The notes: generated from the sequence alone by a model not told the origin. A stretch of 64,000 nucleotides of DNA from an uncultured Gammaproteobacteria bacterium (GCA_964537315.1 CAZIAP010000001.1:221938-285937); one strand, 5' to 3'. Positions 1 through 10,051 are shown, counted from the stretch's first letter. A program made the numbers and translations.

Positions 1-1049
1 ACACCATCTACTCCATACCACGTAGCATTAGCAGGATTTGTTGAGCTTGTATCGCTAGGGTCGTAATAATAATAAGGGTTAATATAATTTTTATTGATAT
101 CAAATGACCATTCAGCTTTAGAATATTTATTAGTAGGAGCAACTATAGCAGTAAAATTTTGAATTTGTGATGAAGTAGATGAAGATTGCCTTATTCCAAA
201 ATTCCTGGTTGTATCATCTGATAATGGCACAGAAACGGGATTTGTGGTGGTAGCACTATAACCTGAAGGAAGGTTTAGTGTAACAACATATGTTCCAGGC
301 AAAAGCTGATTGAAAGTATAAGTTCCACTGCTATTTGTCGTCGCACTCTGTCCTGTGTTTAGTGAAACTGTTGCCCCGTTATACCCACTCTCACCAGTAT
401 CTCTAACGCCATTATTATTGCTGTCTACATATACTAACCCGGATAAAGTAAACGTCTCAATTGTAACCTGGCTTCCTATTAATTGGCTTGATTGGGTAAC
501 GAGATCTTGACCTGAAGACACAATGTTAGTATCGGTTGACGAACCTGATGCAAACCGAAATGAAACGCTCGTATTTCCCTCTTGTAATGCCTTCATGCGC
601 ACAACAGCTAGTTGAGTTTGACCGTTGTACGGTGTGGTAAGATAACCCTGACTCCAATCAAAGGCTGAAGCGCCAAACTCAATCACCCCATTTTGATTCG
701 CGCTTGTAACTACTGCGTTCTGATTAAATACACCATTTTGTCCTACAGGTGAAAATGATTTTAACGAAGTTGCACTTTGGGCAGTAGGAGTAATTCCTAC
801 GACCTCTAAGCGGGTGTTATCGAACTCAATAACCACATCTATAGCTTCAACACCTGCGTTATCTGTGTTGATCGTAATTGGAAGATCAAACTCTTGTCCT
901 GGAAATGTATTAACTTGAGGTAACCGCAGAGTTGCATTCTCTCCAGCTGCGAAAACAGGATTTATATTTACCAATTGGAATAATAAACCATAGATAATTA
1001 CACTAAGTATGAAAAAATGTTTTATATTTTTTCGAAATAAATTATTCAT
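1..1049 (-). CDS. Partial (5' end in window, continues past position 1) secreted surface protein: signal peptide, cohesin-like domain, then a Cna-B/SdrD-B-like module
   Basis: Not in the supplied ORF track because it runs off the left edge. ATG at 1049-1047 (minus) lies 1 nt after the TAA (1053-1051) of the upstream giant gene. My translation begins MNNLFRKNIKHFFILSVIIYGLLFQLVNINPVFAAGENATLRLPQVNTFPGQEFDLPITINTDNAGVEAIDVVIEFDNTRLEVVGITP... which is a cohesin-like beta-sandwich signature. It continues ...[75 protein letters not shown]..., an SdrD-B/Cna-B-type module paralogous to the one in the giant protein. Confidence 0.6.
   Translation of the reverse strand, partial: MNNLFRKNIKHFFILSVIIYGLLFQLVNINPVFAAGENATLRLPQVNTFPGQEFDLPITINTDNAGVEAIDVVIEFDNTRLEVVGITPTAQSATSLKSFSPVGQNGVFNQNAVVTSANQNGVIEFGASAFDWSQGYLTTPYNGQTQLAVVRMKALQEGNTSVSFRFASGSSTDTNIVSSGQDLVTQSSQLIGSQVTIETFTLSGLVYVDSNNNGVRDTGESGYNGATVSLNTGQSATTNSSGTYTFNQLLPGTYVVTLNLPSGYSATTTNPVSVPLSDDTTRNFGIRQSSSTSSQIQNFTAIVAPTNKYSKAEWSFDINKNYINPYYYYDPSDTSSTNPANATWYGVDG
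480..1000 (-). other. Cohesin-like domain in the gene immediately downstream of the dockerin protein
   Basis: FDLPITINTDNAGVEAIDVVIEFDNTRLEVVGITPTAQSATSLKSFSPVGQNGVFNQNAVVTSANQNGVIEFGASAFDWSQGY...TQLAVVRMKALQEGNTSVSFRF shows a cohesin-type 'jelly-roll' pattern (…a.aG.tv.vpi...n..gv.a.dv.i.fD...LevvgI..). Confidence 0.55.
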
Positions 1050-1050
1050 A

Positions 1051-4000
1051 TTATCTACCTGATACAACCTGAATTTGTGACGGTTTTGTAACATAGATCA
1101 CCGGATCACCTTGATACCATTGTATTTTTCCGGTTACCCTTATCTTTTGACCAACTTTGTAGAATTTGTCCGGAACTGTAGGAAAGTTGCTCCAGTTACT
1201 TTTCATTATTCTGACCAATGTATATCCAGTGTGAGGCTTGGTAAATCCAAGGTATATTGCCAATCTGTTATTTAAGATTTCATTGATTGTGCCTTCAACT
1301 GTTTTTGTTTGTCCGATATGATTCGCGGCTTGAGTATAAGGAATTACTTTAGGTCCTGTTGCGGGTCTATCCTCTGCTTTGTGGTTTTCAATAACTCCAC
1401 CAGATAACGTAGTTGCTCCTGCAACTTGCTGCCTCTGCTGAGCTGCAGCAGTTGGATTACCGTTTTCTAGTGCTACAATAGCACCGTCAAGACTCCTATA
1501 ATAAATCGTATTTTTACTTACTATCCATGTCGCATATTCTTCCCAATACGCATCATGAACGAGTCCCTGATTCCAATAAATATAAAAAGCTGTAGGTCCA
1601 AATCCACGTGGATCACCATCTTGCTTTGTGAGCGTATTACAATAGTGGCTCGTACTAAAGGTAGAACAACCACCGACTGATGCATTTGTAGACCCCACGA
1701 TTTGAGGAGTATGTGTTGTTGTAATAGGATTGGCAAATGTCCCTACTGTAGCTGATCTATTGTTTATTTTAAGAGATAAGCCTGCCATCCAGTGAGCACC
1801 AAATAGATAATCACCAGCCATAGTTACATTTGGCTGTTCATCGGTTAAGAGAAATGGTCCAGGCCAAGTAGTATCGCCTGTTGTTGAATACTTAATCCAC
1901 CGTACATACCCCGGCTCTAAGCCAGAAACGGTTGTGTTGTCCAAAACCATTTCACCAAAGTGTGAATCCCATCTTCCGTCAAACCTATCCATTCCTCTAA
2001 TAATTGTATAAACTACTTCTTTATTGTCAGGGAACTTCTTCACTACTGGTTGAGGTCCCATAGGCTGATAACCACCATTACCATAACCTCCGTGTCCAAT
2101 ATTTGCTATGAAAGGAACGTTACCATTATCAAGGTTCAACACAAACAAGGCTTGTTGATCAGGTCTAGATTGCAAATTTGACCTGATTTGAGTATTAGAA
2201 GTTGGCCACGGACTCCATACTCCATATAATGTATCCCAATCAAGCCTCATCTTCATCAATACATAACCGTGCTGCTCTGCGATTACCGGCCACCCATAGC
2301 TAAACTCATTTGGTGTACCTGCTGTACGGACAGAAGGTTTGACTCTCCAGGACTGTGATCCGTTTGAATTATTTATTGCGTGGACATAAAGATCAGCGGT
2401 TCCGACCACTACTCTGTCGCGCAATAACGAATATGATGGTGGAGTATGCACAGTTGAGTTTGCATTATATGACCAGATCTGAGACATATTATTTTTATTA
2501 ATGGCGTATACTCTGGAACCCATAGAGAAAAATACCCTATCTGAAATTACTGCAGGTGGTAATGCAAGACTACTGGTTGAACCTGAGGGGAATTGCGCAG
2601 AAACACTGCCGTTTGATGCGTTTAATTTATAAAGTGTTCCATTCGTTGAAACTACAAATACAGATGATGTATCCCCGTCATAAGCAACTGTAGAGTTTAC
2701 AGTTCCTACATTAGTAGCATTCCAGGCAACAGAGCCATTTGATTCATTCAATCCAAACACTCCACGAGATCCCGCTGCCACATAGACTCTTCCTCCCCCG
2801 GTAACTGGCTGTACATTTTTTGGCAAACTCGATTTACCCGCTGATACTGCACCACTGGCATTTGGTCCATTCCAAGCCCATTTCCATTTCCAAGGTGTCT
2901 CAACAACCTGAGAAGTATAACCTGTACGTTGCGCATCGTGTGCGTGTTGAGTCCACTCATTTGTTGTTGCTGTAGGCGGAGAGGTAGGTGTAGGCGAGTT
3001 CTGCGATGACGTAGGCGTAGGTGGATTTGAGATAAAATTAGATAAAACTACTGCCAAGTCCATACCATTAATTTTCCCGTCAGCATGCTGATCAAGTAAT
3101 CCTGTCTGAAAATTACCATAGTTTTGAAGTACTAACCTAATATCCTGTGCATCTACAGTTCCATCATTATTTACATCTCCATCACCTTGCGAAGATGATT
3201 GTTGTCTAATACCGAAGTGTTGAGTGGTGTTGCTTGAGAGTGAAACCGATACAGGATTGGTAGTGGTAGAAGTATATCCAGAAGGTAGTGTTAAGGTAAC
3301 TGTGTACGTCCCTTGCAGTAAAGAAGTGAATGTGTAAGTTCCACTACTGTTTGATGTAGCACTCTGTCCAGTGTTTAGTGTAACAGTAGCCCCATTGTAC
3401 CCTGCTTCCCCCGTGTCTCTGACTCCATTACCATTGGAATCTGTATATACTGTACCTGTCAGGGCGTATGTCTGTGGAGTTTGAGTTGGAGTTGGTGTAT
3501 TAGTTACTCCTGACCCTCCAGTTGAATATGAAATTGTTAATTTAGCTGAGTTTGCAGCTCCAGCTTCATAACTTGCAAAATCCCACCACCAACCGGTGGC
3601 TGATCCGTTGTCAACCAACAATAAACTCAGTGCATTCCCACTTTGCCACCCAGTTCGGTTTACTATCTCTTGTACAACGGATGTGATTTGAGGAGGTTTG
3701 TTTAACGATGTCGATGACATCCAGATATTAGCGTTCATTGTTTCTGGGGCTGAGTTGTAGTTGGCAAACGCAGTTGTTCTGCTCCTACTTCGCGGTAAAC
3801 TGTTTGTGCTAAACACCGCACTATTATTACTTGCCTCTCCATAAATGCGTATCTTAACATTATTCAAATAATCTCCCCCCGGCCACACCTGTTGCCAATC
3901 AATTGATGCACTATGAATGGTTGCACCTTGTGGTACAGCTACATTAGCAAATCTAAATCCTGCTGTAATTAGTTGTCCGCTTTCGTCTTTTCCTCCCCCA

Positions 4001-6747
4001 AAGACTGTACTACCTGTATTTAATGCATTACTGCCTGCTACATCATACCCGTCACTAGTACCACCAGGTACTTGTACTGTGACTGTATTTGTACCCGCGG
4101 GAGTGGGTGTAGCAGTCAAAACTACTGTTGGGGTTGGCGTTGGAGTAGGAGTTGAAGTAGAGGTAGGAGCAGTAGTTGGTGCAGGTGTAACAGTAGGACC
4201 TGAATTCCTGCTAACCAGAATTACCCAATCTTGAGATGGAGTACTCGGAGGGCTACCAAGCGAAACAAATGATCCTCCGTTAATGGTTTGTGATGAACCT
4301 TCAAATGCTCCTGTACGCGGATTATACCAGCGCTTCTGAAATTGTCCTGAAGTACCCGAAAGATTAAGTGACCCGGTAGTGGACGCATTAGGCAAGTAGA
4401 CTGCATACACTTCTCCGCTTTTTACAAACACTTGTTGATTTGAAGCTCCAGAAACTAATCCATCGTCTGGCCACATCTCCCAAAAAGGAAGATTTTCTTG
4501 CATAAATTTTCTCGCGTACCATGTATATCTCCATATAGCCTCATAATCTCGGAAGTTTTCTAAAGCTTGATCTTGATCCTGCATAAACCAATCTATCTGT
4601 CCGCCAGAAAGGTAAGTCGGCCACAAGAGATCCTTTCTTTGAGCATCCATGTTATCGGTATAAGTGGAGCGTAATTCGTCCATTGAGATGGTAATTGGTT
4701 TACCGGATTGGTCTGAACGATCTCTTAGTTTCTCAACTTCCCCTCCTCTTCCGGCGTCACCACCTGAATATTGTAATGAGGTCAAATCAAACGGATTATT
4801 TGCTCCTAAACTAAAAAAGTGCTGCCAAGATACATCAGGTGTCGTAATTTGGTGCACTGTAACAGGATGCTTATATGGATCAATCTGTTTTATGAAGTTT
4901 GCGAACTGAACTACAGTTTGAGGAGAAAGCGGATACATAAAGTCGTATTCTTCAGATATATTCCATTGCAAACTATTATGATGTCCAAATCTAGCAATAA
5001 GTTCACGGTAATAAAGTTTCCTCTGATTTCCCAGCGTCCCATCATCCAACGCACGTTTGTTCTGCTCTTCTGCCTCATTCAATACGAAATGTAAATGAAT
5101 ACCTTTTTCCTGCATATAGGTAAACACTTCATCCCATTGACGTAACTTACTGATGTCATAATGAACAACATCATTACTAGTCCAACCTTCCCAATCCGTC
5201 ACATTCACAAATGGAGCAGTATCCTGACCGTCGCCACCTATATTCATGGGTAAGAAGTACACTGAGTTTACATTTTGTGAGGCAAGATAATTAACTGCAC
5301 CAATTAGTCCTTTACCTCCATCATTACCGGTTGCGTTTAAGATAGGATTTCCATTTTGCCAGTCACCTACATGAGGCTGATACGTGTGCAAATAGTTAGG
5401 AGTGTTGTCAAATCCTGCATATCCCAATAAATTTTCAGGGCTATCTGCACCACCTTTAATCCAATACGATCCATCACGGTATTTTAGGTAATGACCACCG
5501 ACATACTCAAGTCTTCCCCATTTGAAAAATCCTGGGGCGTTCGGATCTCGGTCTACAACCGTAAACGATCCAGTTTCACCGTCAAATGACGTAGATGTTC
5601 CCGCAGTAGGACTTGTATTAACAGCAACATTGCTACCTTGTCTGAATGAAGCTGTATAGTTCCAATCTCCAGCTTCATCCGGAGTGAATTTTACTCTCCA
5701 AACATCGCCTGTGCCTCCCCCATTTCCGTCTCCATCAAAATATCCTGGTACGTTGTATGTTTTACCTGAAGGAGAAGTAAATGTTACCTGTAGGCGGTAA
5801 TCTAAAAATGGATTTGGACTGTTATCTGTCTCACTGTGCGATGGACCAGAAAAATCAATAGTAACTGGATACCACTTCCTAAGTGTTCCAGCAACCAAAC
5901 TTGAGGTTGTTGCAAACTGTTGAATAACTTGTTTTGCTTGAAACGTAAGCGACGTCGCAATCCATGATGCTGAGGGATCAATTACCACTGCTGTAGACAC
6001 TTCATTAGTATTTGATGAAAGAGAATGCAATAATGATATTGAAGTATTTGTTGAGCTATCGTCACCAGATGTGCTACTCTGACTCGCTAATGTGCTACCG
6101 TCACTAGGAGATGAAAACGTTACGCTGTTCCCTGCAGTAACTGCAGTGATGATAAACTGATCATCTGAAGTTGGAGTAATGTTATTAGATGGCGAAATAC
6201 TATCCCCGTTGGAACTTGAAGTTACACCTAATGGGTTATCTGTCTCAATGTTGTCATACTCAGCAATAGTTATCGCAGACTTTGTGTCTCCACTAAACTC
6301 AAATTTCACCTCTCCACTTTGTTGCGGAGAATTAGCATAATAATAAACCCACTGTTTTAAGTTGTTCCCGTTATTATTCTCAGCTGCTTTCACCCATCCT
6401 TCAGGCTCACTTGTCACTGATATCGCATCGGATGATTGAGAATTTGATGAAACTGCAGCGATAAGTAAGTTACCTTCAGTTGTATTACTAGACCATGATG
6501 CAGAAATAGAATTAACCTGTCCACTACTACTAGCAACTGTATACTGTACTAAATTTGGTGGTAATGCTTGTGCTCTGGTAGGAGATTTGGGAAACAACCT
6601 ACTCATAAGATTATCCCCAAAAGGAAGAGTGAGAGCTAGAGCGATAAAGAGTAGTAAACCGAAGGCGGAAAGAGATAAAGCAATTTTTATTTTTTTATTT
6701 TGCTTTTCAAGATAATCCCAATAAGTATTGGATTTCTTTTTTGACAT
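1051..6747 (-). CDS. Giant (1898 aa) membrane-anchored multidomain surface protein: N-terminal TM anchor; beta-rich region; TIM-barrel glycoside-hydrolase-like module; PT-rich linkers; SdrD-B/Cna-B-like module; type-I dockerin; PQQ-like beta-propeller; C-terminal OB-fold-like domain
   Basis: Single uninterrupted ORF. N-terminus [44 protein letters not shown] forms a TM helix. Motifs [11 protein letters not shown]...YFDGDGNGG, then [27 protein letters not shown]...[14 protein letters not shown]...[10 protein letters not shown]...WNISEEYD indicate a GH5-clan-like TIM barrel. PT linker [21 protein letters not shown]. Module [32 protein letters not shown]...[16 protein letters not shown] is a Cna-B/SdrD-B type. 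[23 protein letters not shown]...[20 protein letters not shown] is a two-segment dockerin with calcium-loop residues at positions 1, 3, 5, 9 and 12. Repeated ..LY.LN..NGS..W blocks are PQQ-like propeller blades. C-terminal [25 protein letters not shown]...[22 protein letters not shown] resembles a tRNA_anti/BOF OB fold. Confidence 0.85.
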   Translation of the reverse strand: MSKKKSNTYWDYLEKQNKKIKIALSLSAFGLLLFIALALTLPFGDNLMSRLFPKSPTRAQALPPNLVQYTVASSSGQVNSISASWSSNTTEGNLLIAAVSSNSQSSDAISVTSEPEGWVKAAENNNGNNLKQWVYYYANSPQQSGEVKFEFSGDTKSAITIAEYDNIETDNPLGVTSSSNGDSISPSNNITPTSDDQFIITAVTAGNSVTFSSPSDGSTLASQSSTSGDDSSTNTSISLLHSLSSNTNEVSTAVVIDPSASWIATSLTFQAKQVIQQFATTSSLVAGTLRKWYPVTIDFSGPSHSETDNSPNPFLDYRLQVTFTSPSGKTYNVPGYFDGDGNGGGTGDVWRVKFTPDEAGDWNYTASFRQGSNVAVNTSPTAGTSTSFDGETGSFTVVDRDPNAPGFFKWGRLEYVGGHYLKYRDGSYWIKGGADSPENLLGYAGFDNTPNYLHTYQPHVGDWQNGNPILNATGNDGGKGLIGAVNYLASQNVNSVYFLPMNIGGDGQDTAPFVNVTDWEGWTSNDVVHYDISKLRQWDEVFTYMQEKGIHLHFVLNEAEEQNKRALDDGTLGNQRKLYYRELIARFGHHNSLQWNISEEYDFMYPLSPQTVVQFANFIKQIDPYKHPVTVHQITTPDVSWQHFFSLGANNPFDLTSLQYSGGDAGRGGEVEKLRDRSDQSGKPITISMDELRSTYTDNMDAQRKDLLWPTYLSGGQIDWFMQDQDQALENFRDYEAIWRYTWYARKFMQENLPFWEMWPDDGLVSGASNQQVFVKSGEVYAVYLPNASTTGSLNLSGTSGQFQKRWYNPRTGAFEGSSQTINGGSFVSLGSPPSTPSQDWVILVSRNSGPTVTPAPTTAPTSTSTPTPTPTPTVVLTATPTPAGTNTVTVQVPGGTSDGYDVAGSNALNTGSTVFGGGKDESGQLITAGFRFANVAVPQGATIHSASIDWQQVWPGGDYLNNVKIRIYGEASNNSAVFSTNSLPRSRSRTTAFANYNSAPETMNANIWMSSTSLNKPPQITSVVQEIVNRTGWQSGNALSLLLVDNGSATGWWWDFASYEAGAANSAKLTISYSTGGSGVTNTPTPTQTPQTYALTGTVYTDSNGNGVRDTGEAGYNGATVTLNTGQSATSNSSGTYTFTSLLQGTYTVTLTLPSGYTSTTTNPVSVSLSSNTTQHFGIRQQSSSQGDGDVNNDGTVDAQDIRLVLQNYGNFQTGLLDQHADGKINGMDLAVVLSNFISNPPTPTSSQNSPTPTSPPTATTNEWTQHAHDAQRTGYTSQVVETPWKWKWAWNGPNASGAVSAGKSSLPKNVQPVTGGGRVYVAAGSRGVFGLNESNGSVAWNATNVGTVNSTVAYDGDTSSVFVVSTNGTLYKLNASNGSVSAQFPSGSTSSLALPPAVISDRVFFSMGSRVYAINKNNMSQIWSYNANSTVHTPPSYSLLRDRVVVGTADLYVHAINNSNGSQSWRVKPSVRTAGTPNEFSYGWPVIAEQHGYVLMKMRLDWDTLYGVWSPWPTSNTQIRSNLQSRPDQQALFVLNLDNGNVPFIANIGHGGYGNGGYQPMGPQPVVKKFPDNKEVVYTIIRGMDRFDGRWDSHFGEMVLDNTTVSGLEPGYVRWIKYSTTGDTTWPGPFLLTDEQPNVTMAGDYLFGAHWMAGLSLKINNRSATVGTFANPITTTHTPQIVGSTNASVGGCSTFSTSHYCNTLTKQDGDPRGFGPTAFYIYWNQGLVHDAYWEEYATWIVSKNTIYYRSLDGAIVALENGNPTAAAQQRQQVAGATTLSGGVIENHKAEDRPATGPKVIPYTQAANHIGQTKTVEGTINEILNNRLAIYLGFTKPHTGYTLVRIMKSNWSNFPTVPDKFYKVGQKIRVTGKIQWYQGDPVIYVTKPSQIQVVSGR
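3040..3190 (-). other. Dockerin (type I-like, duplicated calcium-binding segment) module within the giant surface protein
   Basis: Reverse complement of 3161-3187 encodes GDGDVNNDG; the second loop [12 protein letters not shown] is encoded around 3061-3100. Both segments match the dockerin pattern D-x-N/D-x-D-G-x-x-x-D/N-x-x-D followed by a hydrophobic helix. Confidence 0.7.
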
Positions 6748-6787
6748 GTTCGGTTAATAAATTCTAAATCTTATTAAAGTATATAAA

Positions 6788-6817
6788 TTTTTTTAAACAG
6801 TTTACAATAGGTAATTG
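6788..6817 (-). promoter_or_regulatory. Sigma70-like promoter candidate (TTGTAA-N18-TATACT on minus strand) upstream of the giant surface-protein gene
   Basis: On the minus strand TTGTAA (complement of 6817-6812) and TATACT (complement of 6793-6788) are separated by 18 nt, about 35 nt upstream of the ATG at 6747. The motif was read by eye only. Confidence 0.25.
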
Positions 6818-6846
6818 TTTGTTTGCTAAAAATTAACGTAGATCTG

Positions 6847-6918
6847 AGCGATGGAAGGGAATCGAACCCTCAACCTTCTCCTTGGGAAGGAGACATTCTA
6901 CCTTTGAACTACCATCGC
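6847..6918 (-). tRNA. tRNA-Gly (anticodon CCC), 72 nt, CCA not encoded
   Basis: Minus-strand sequence GCGATGG-TA-GTTC-AAAGGTA-GAAT-G-TCTCC-TTCCCAA-GGAGA-AGGTT-GAGGG-TTCGATT-CCCTT-CCATCGC-T folds into a cloverleaf. It has a 7-bp acceptor stem, an anticodon stem TCTCC/GGAGA with loop UUCCCAA (anticodon CCC), and a T-loop TTCGATT. Confidence 0.8.
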
Positions 6919-7131
6919 GCAAGTAAATTCAAGCGAGGCTTGTAATTTTGACCTTAAATTACCTCTGCAATACATAACTAAATAAAAGGTAGCAATAATA
7001 TAGTAGCACAGACGTATGTAGATAAAAACGAGGTGGGCAGAAACTCGCCACTGTAAGTATCAGTGTAAAAAATACTAGTATTCTGTCTACACAAATACCT
7101 GAATTTACAGAGAGTATTTTTAAACATTAGA

Positions 7132-7803
7132 TTATCTCTGTAAACTCAGTTTTGTTCCTACGTAGATCAGATCTGGGTTGACCAATCCATTTGCTTGCGC
7201 AATTTCAGGCCATCTGTACCCGTTACCGTATGCGCGGATAGATATGTCCCATAGAGTATCTCCTTCTACAACAGTATATTGAGATCCGGTAATTCTTTCA
7301 CCGGTCGGCTGTGTCTGCTCAGTAGCAGCAGTTGGAGAAGGCATTCTCGTTACTGTTACTTCTGGCTGAACATCTTCTGCAGCTTCAGGAGTTGCGTTTC
7401 TTTCAGGAAGAGTTAGTCTTGTTCCGGCTTCTAAATTATCAGGATTGTTCAAATTATTTGCTTCAGCAATCTTACTCCATGCATAACCATCGTTATACTC
7501 TTGTTCTGCAATTGACCAAAGTGTCTCTCCTTCGTCTACAATATATTCATTGTCATTTGCCTGCTCTACTTCAGAATCAATTCCATCCTGAATATCAGGT
7601 GATGATCCTTGTGTAAATAGGCGCACTGCTGCAAAACCTAGAGCAAATAAAACAACTAGTGTTATTACTCCATACACTAATGAAGTATATGAACGAGGAA
7701 ATGAAAAATTAGAGTATCTATTACGCAGTTCGGCTTTAAGCATTTCTGCTCGCTGTTTTCGATCTGCATTTTTTGATTCAGATTTCTTTTTTGTTCGTGG
7801 CAT
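7132..7803 (-). CDS. LysM peptidoglycan-binding protein: N-terminal basic tail, one TM helix, two LysM domains
   Basis: Two LysM motifs: YIVDEGETLWSIAEQEYNDGYAWSKIAEANNLNNPDNLEAGTRLTLP and YTVVEGDTLWDISIRAYGNGYRWPEIAQANGLVNPDLIYVGTKLSLQ. The track ORF extends to 7869. The preferred start is the ATG at 7803 (MPRTKKKSESK) because GGGAGGTG (complement of 7812-7819) lies 8 nt upstream. Confidence 0.8.
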   Translation of the reverse strand: MPRTKKKSESKNADRKQRAEMLKAELRNRYSNFSFPRSYTSLVYGVITLVVLFALGFAAVRLFTQGSSPDIQDGIDSEVEQANDNEYIVDEGETLWSIAEQEYNDGYAWSKIAEANNLNNPDNLEAGTRLTLPERNATPEAAEDVQPEVTVTRMPSPTAATEQTQPTGERITGSQYTVVEGDTLWDISIRAYGNGYRWPEIAQANGLVNPDLIYVGTKLSLQR

Positions 7804-8013
7804 TGTTTCTACACCTCCCTTCTGGGCAAGAGTTAGTGGCAGATTATAGGCAGTACTTACGCGTAACAAGCCTTAGGTTGTTCTTGCATAAGCTCTTCCC
7901 AGTTACATTATTAATGTAACGGCAAAGATAAGTTCATTATTTATATTTTTTAGAGGATAAACATCTTGTCCCTCATATCCTCCCTTCGTCAAACATGGTA
8001 AACACGTTTGACG

Positions 8014-8090
8014 TGGCGGGAGTGACGGGACTCGAACCCGCGACCTCTTCCGTGACAGGGAAGCGCTCTAACCAACTGAGCTACACCCCC
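8014..8090 (-). tRNA. tRNA-Asp (anticodon GTC), 77 nt with encoded CCA
   Basis: Minus strand GGGGGTG-TA-GCTC-AGTTGGTT-AGAGC-G-CTTCC-CTGTCAC-GGAAG-AGGTC-GCGGG-TTCGAGT-CCCGT-CACTCCC-G-CCA folds into a cloverleaf. Anticodon loop CUGUCAC gives GUC; the T-loop is TTCGAGT. Confidence 0.85.
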
Positions 8091-8216
8091 AGATTCCTTA
8101 TATATATCAACTGAGAATATTAAATTCTCAGTTCAAATTTATAGATTTGTAGCTAGAGGCTTTACGGAATAGTATCAAATATTTACCTACCAGTCAATGC
8201 TATAATAAGATGTAAC

Positions 8217-10001
8217 ATGGCACAGAAGTTCTCAAACTCAGACATCGCAAAATTGCTCAGAAATGTAGCAGTTGCTTATACATTGACTGATGAGAAGAAA
8301 CACCGATTTCAAATAATTGCATATCAAAACGCAAGTGAGGCCATTGAGCATGCGACAATTGAACTACAAGATCTTCATCGTGAACAGAAGCTTGAAAGTT
8401 TTCCCGGCATTGGACCAGGTATCAAAAAATACTTGGATGAACTATTTAAAAATGGTAAAGTTCAACACTTTGATAACCTTCTAAGCAGCATACCTCAGTC
8501 TATCTTCCCATTACTTGATATTCCTTCATTTGGTCCCAAAAAAGCAGCAAAAATTGTTATGAGTTTCAGGCTCTCTGATCCATCTACAGTGCTTAAAGAT
8601 GTTGAAAAACTTGCCCAAGACGGCAGAATTTCAGAACTACCGGGATTCGGAGAAAAAAGTGAAAAAGATATATTAAGAGCACTAAATGAATATAAGAAAG
8701 GCACTTCTAAGTCCAGCAGAATGGTTCTTCCATATGCCTACTCTCTGTCACAAACGGTGGTTAAATATATGAAACAGTGTGAGGATGTTATTGAAATTCA
8801 CCCTCTAGGAAGCCTACGACGTATGGTTTCAACAATTGGAGACGTAGATCTTGCGGTCACATCACGAAATTCAGACGCAGTACTCGATTATTTTACTAAA
8901 TACCCTGGAGCAGAACGGGTGATTGAAAGAGGACCAACTACAGCTGCGATACTAGTTGCAGGAGGAAAACATGTAGACTTACTTGTTCTTCCACCTGAAA
9001 GTTTTGGATCTCTCCTTCAGCATTTTACTGGCAGCAAATTTCATAATGTAGCTCTTCGAGAATATGCCTTAAAAAAAGGCTACTCACTTTCAGAGCGAGG
9101 TATTAAACTTTTAAAAAAAGATGGTGAAATGATAAAGTTCAAAACAGAAGAATCATTTTATTCTTTTTTAGGGCTGGACTGGATACCACCTGAGATCAGA
9201 GAAAATCAGGGAGAGATTGAACACGCTCTTAAACGAACTCTGCCAAAACTTGTAGAAATCTCAGATATAAAAGGAGACCTACACATGCATAGCAATTACC
9301 CTATAGAACCAAGTCACGATACTGGGGCGGACACGATGGATGCACACCTCAAACGAGCAAAAAAACTTGGGTATGAATATGTTGGGTTTTCGGAACACAA
9401 TCCAAGCATAAACAATCATTCTGAAAACGAAATATTGTCATTATTAAAGGGGAGAAAAGAATATATCGAACAAAAAATATCGAGTAATTATAATATACGA
9501 GTATTTAATCTACTCGAACTTGATATATTGGCTGATGGGAAAAGAGCAATTAGCGATAAAGCACTTGAGCAATTAGATGCTGTTATTGTCTCTATACATA
9601 GTGCATTTGGAATGGAAAGAAAAAAAATGACTCAGAGAATTATAGATGGATTATCACATCCAAAGGTCAAAGTGTTTGCGCATCCAACTGGAAGATTAAT
9701 TAATCAAAGACCTGGCTATGATGTTGACTGGGAAAAACTTTTCGAATTCATGAGAGAAAACAATAAAGCGCTTGAAATTAACTCTTGGCCTACCCGACTT
9801 GACCTTCCTGATATGTTAGTCAAGCAAGCAAAAGAGTCAGGGATCAAATTTGTTATTAATACTGATAGTCACGCAGTCGATCATATGGAAAACATGTTTT
9901 ATGGTGTCTCAGTTGCTCGAAGAGGTTGGTGCGAAAAAGGTGATATTTTGAATACCTACCCATTGGAAAGATTCGAAAAATGGATAATGAATAACAGGTG
10001 A
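8217..10001 (+). CDS. polX: DNA polymerase X family protein (Pol beta-like nucleotidyltransferase plus C-terminal PHP phosphoesterase domain)
   Basis: HhH/GIG motif FPGIGPGIKKYLDELF. Pol-beta-like core GDVDLAVTSRN. C-terminal PHP domain DLHMHSNYP...GFSEHNP...HAVDHMENM. Stops at TGA (10002-10004). Confidence 0.85.
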   Translation: MAQKFSNSDIAKLLRNVAVAYTLTDEKKHRFQIIAYQNASEAIEHATIELQDLHREQKLESFPGIGPGIKKYLDELFKNGKVQHFDNLLSSIPQSIFPLLDIPSFGPKKAAKIVMSFRLSDPSTVLKDVEKLAQDGRISELPGFGEKSEKDILRALNEYKKGTSKSSRMVLPYAYSLSQTVVKYMKQCEDVIEIHPLGSLRRMVSTIGDVDLAVTSRNSDAVLDYFTKYPGAERVIERGPTTAAILVAGGKHVDLLVLPPESFGSLLQHFTGSKFHNVALREYALKKGYSLSERGIKLLKKDGEMIKFKTEESFYSFLGLDWIPPEIRENQGEIEHALKRTLPKLVEISDIKGDLHMHSNYPIEPSHDTGADTMDAHLKRAKKLGYEYVGFSEHNPSINNHSENEILSLLKGRKEYIEQKISSNYNIRVFNLLELDILADGKRAISDKALEQLDAVIVSIHSAFGMERKKMTQRIIDGLSHPKVKVFAHPTGRLINQRPGYDVDWEKLFEFMRENNKALEINSWPTRLDLPDMLVKQAKESGIKFVINTDSHAVDHMENMFYGVSVARRGWCEKGDILNTYPLERFEKWIMNNR

Positions 10002-10051
10002 CCCGTGTTGCTCTTGACAATCTGAAACAATAAGTAGAAAATCAAATAAAC

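Noticed and set aside
1521-6000. Many 60-105-aa ORFs antisense to or overlapping the giant gene (e.g. 1521..1736, 2748..2960, 3917..4234, 4221..4406, 4664..4909, 4819..5094)
   Set aside because: They are fully contained in the 5.7-kb surface-protein ORF on the other strand or in other frames. They have low-complexity translations driven by the PT/GV-rich linker codons, and no start or RBS context. Treated as spurious.
8111-8131. Inverted repeat CTGAGAAT-attaa-ATTCTCAG between tRNA-Asp and polX, and a TATAAT box at 8201-8206
   Set aside because: Plausible divergent promoter or operator elements, but no -35 partner at proper spacing could be identified. Too weak to annotate as a feature.
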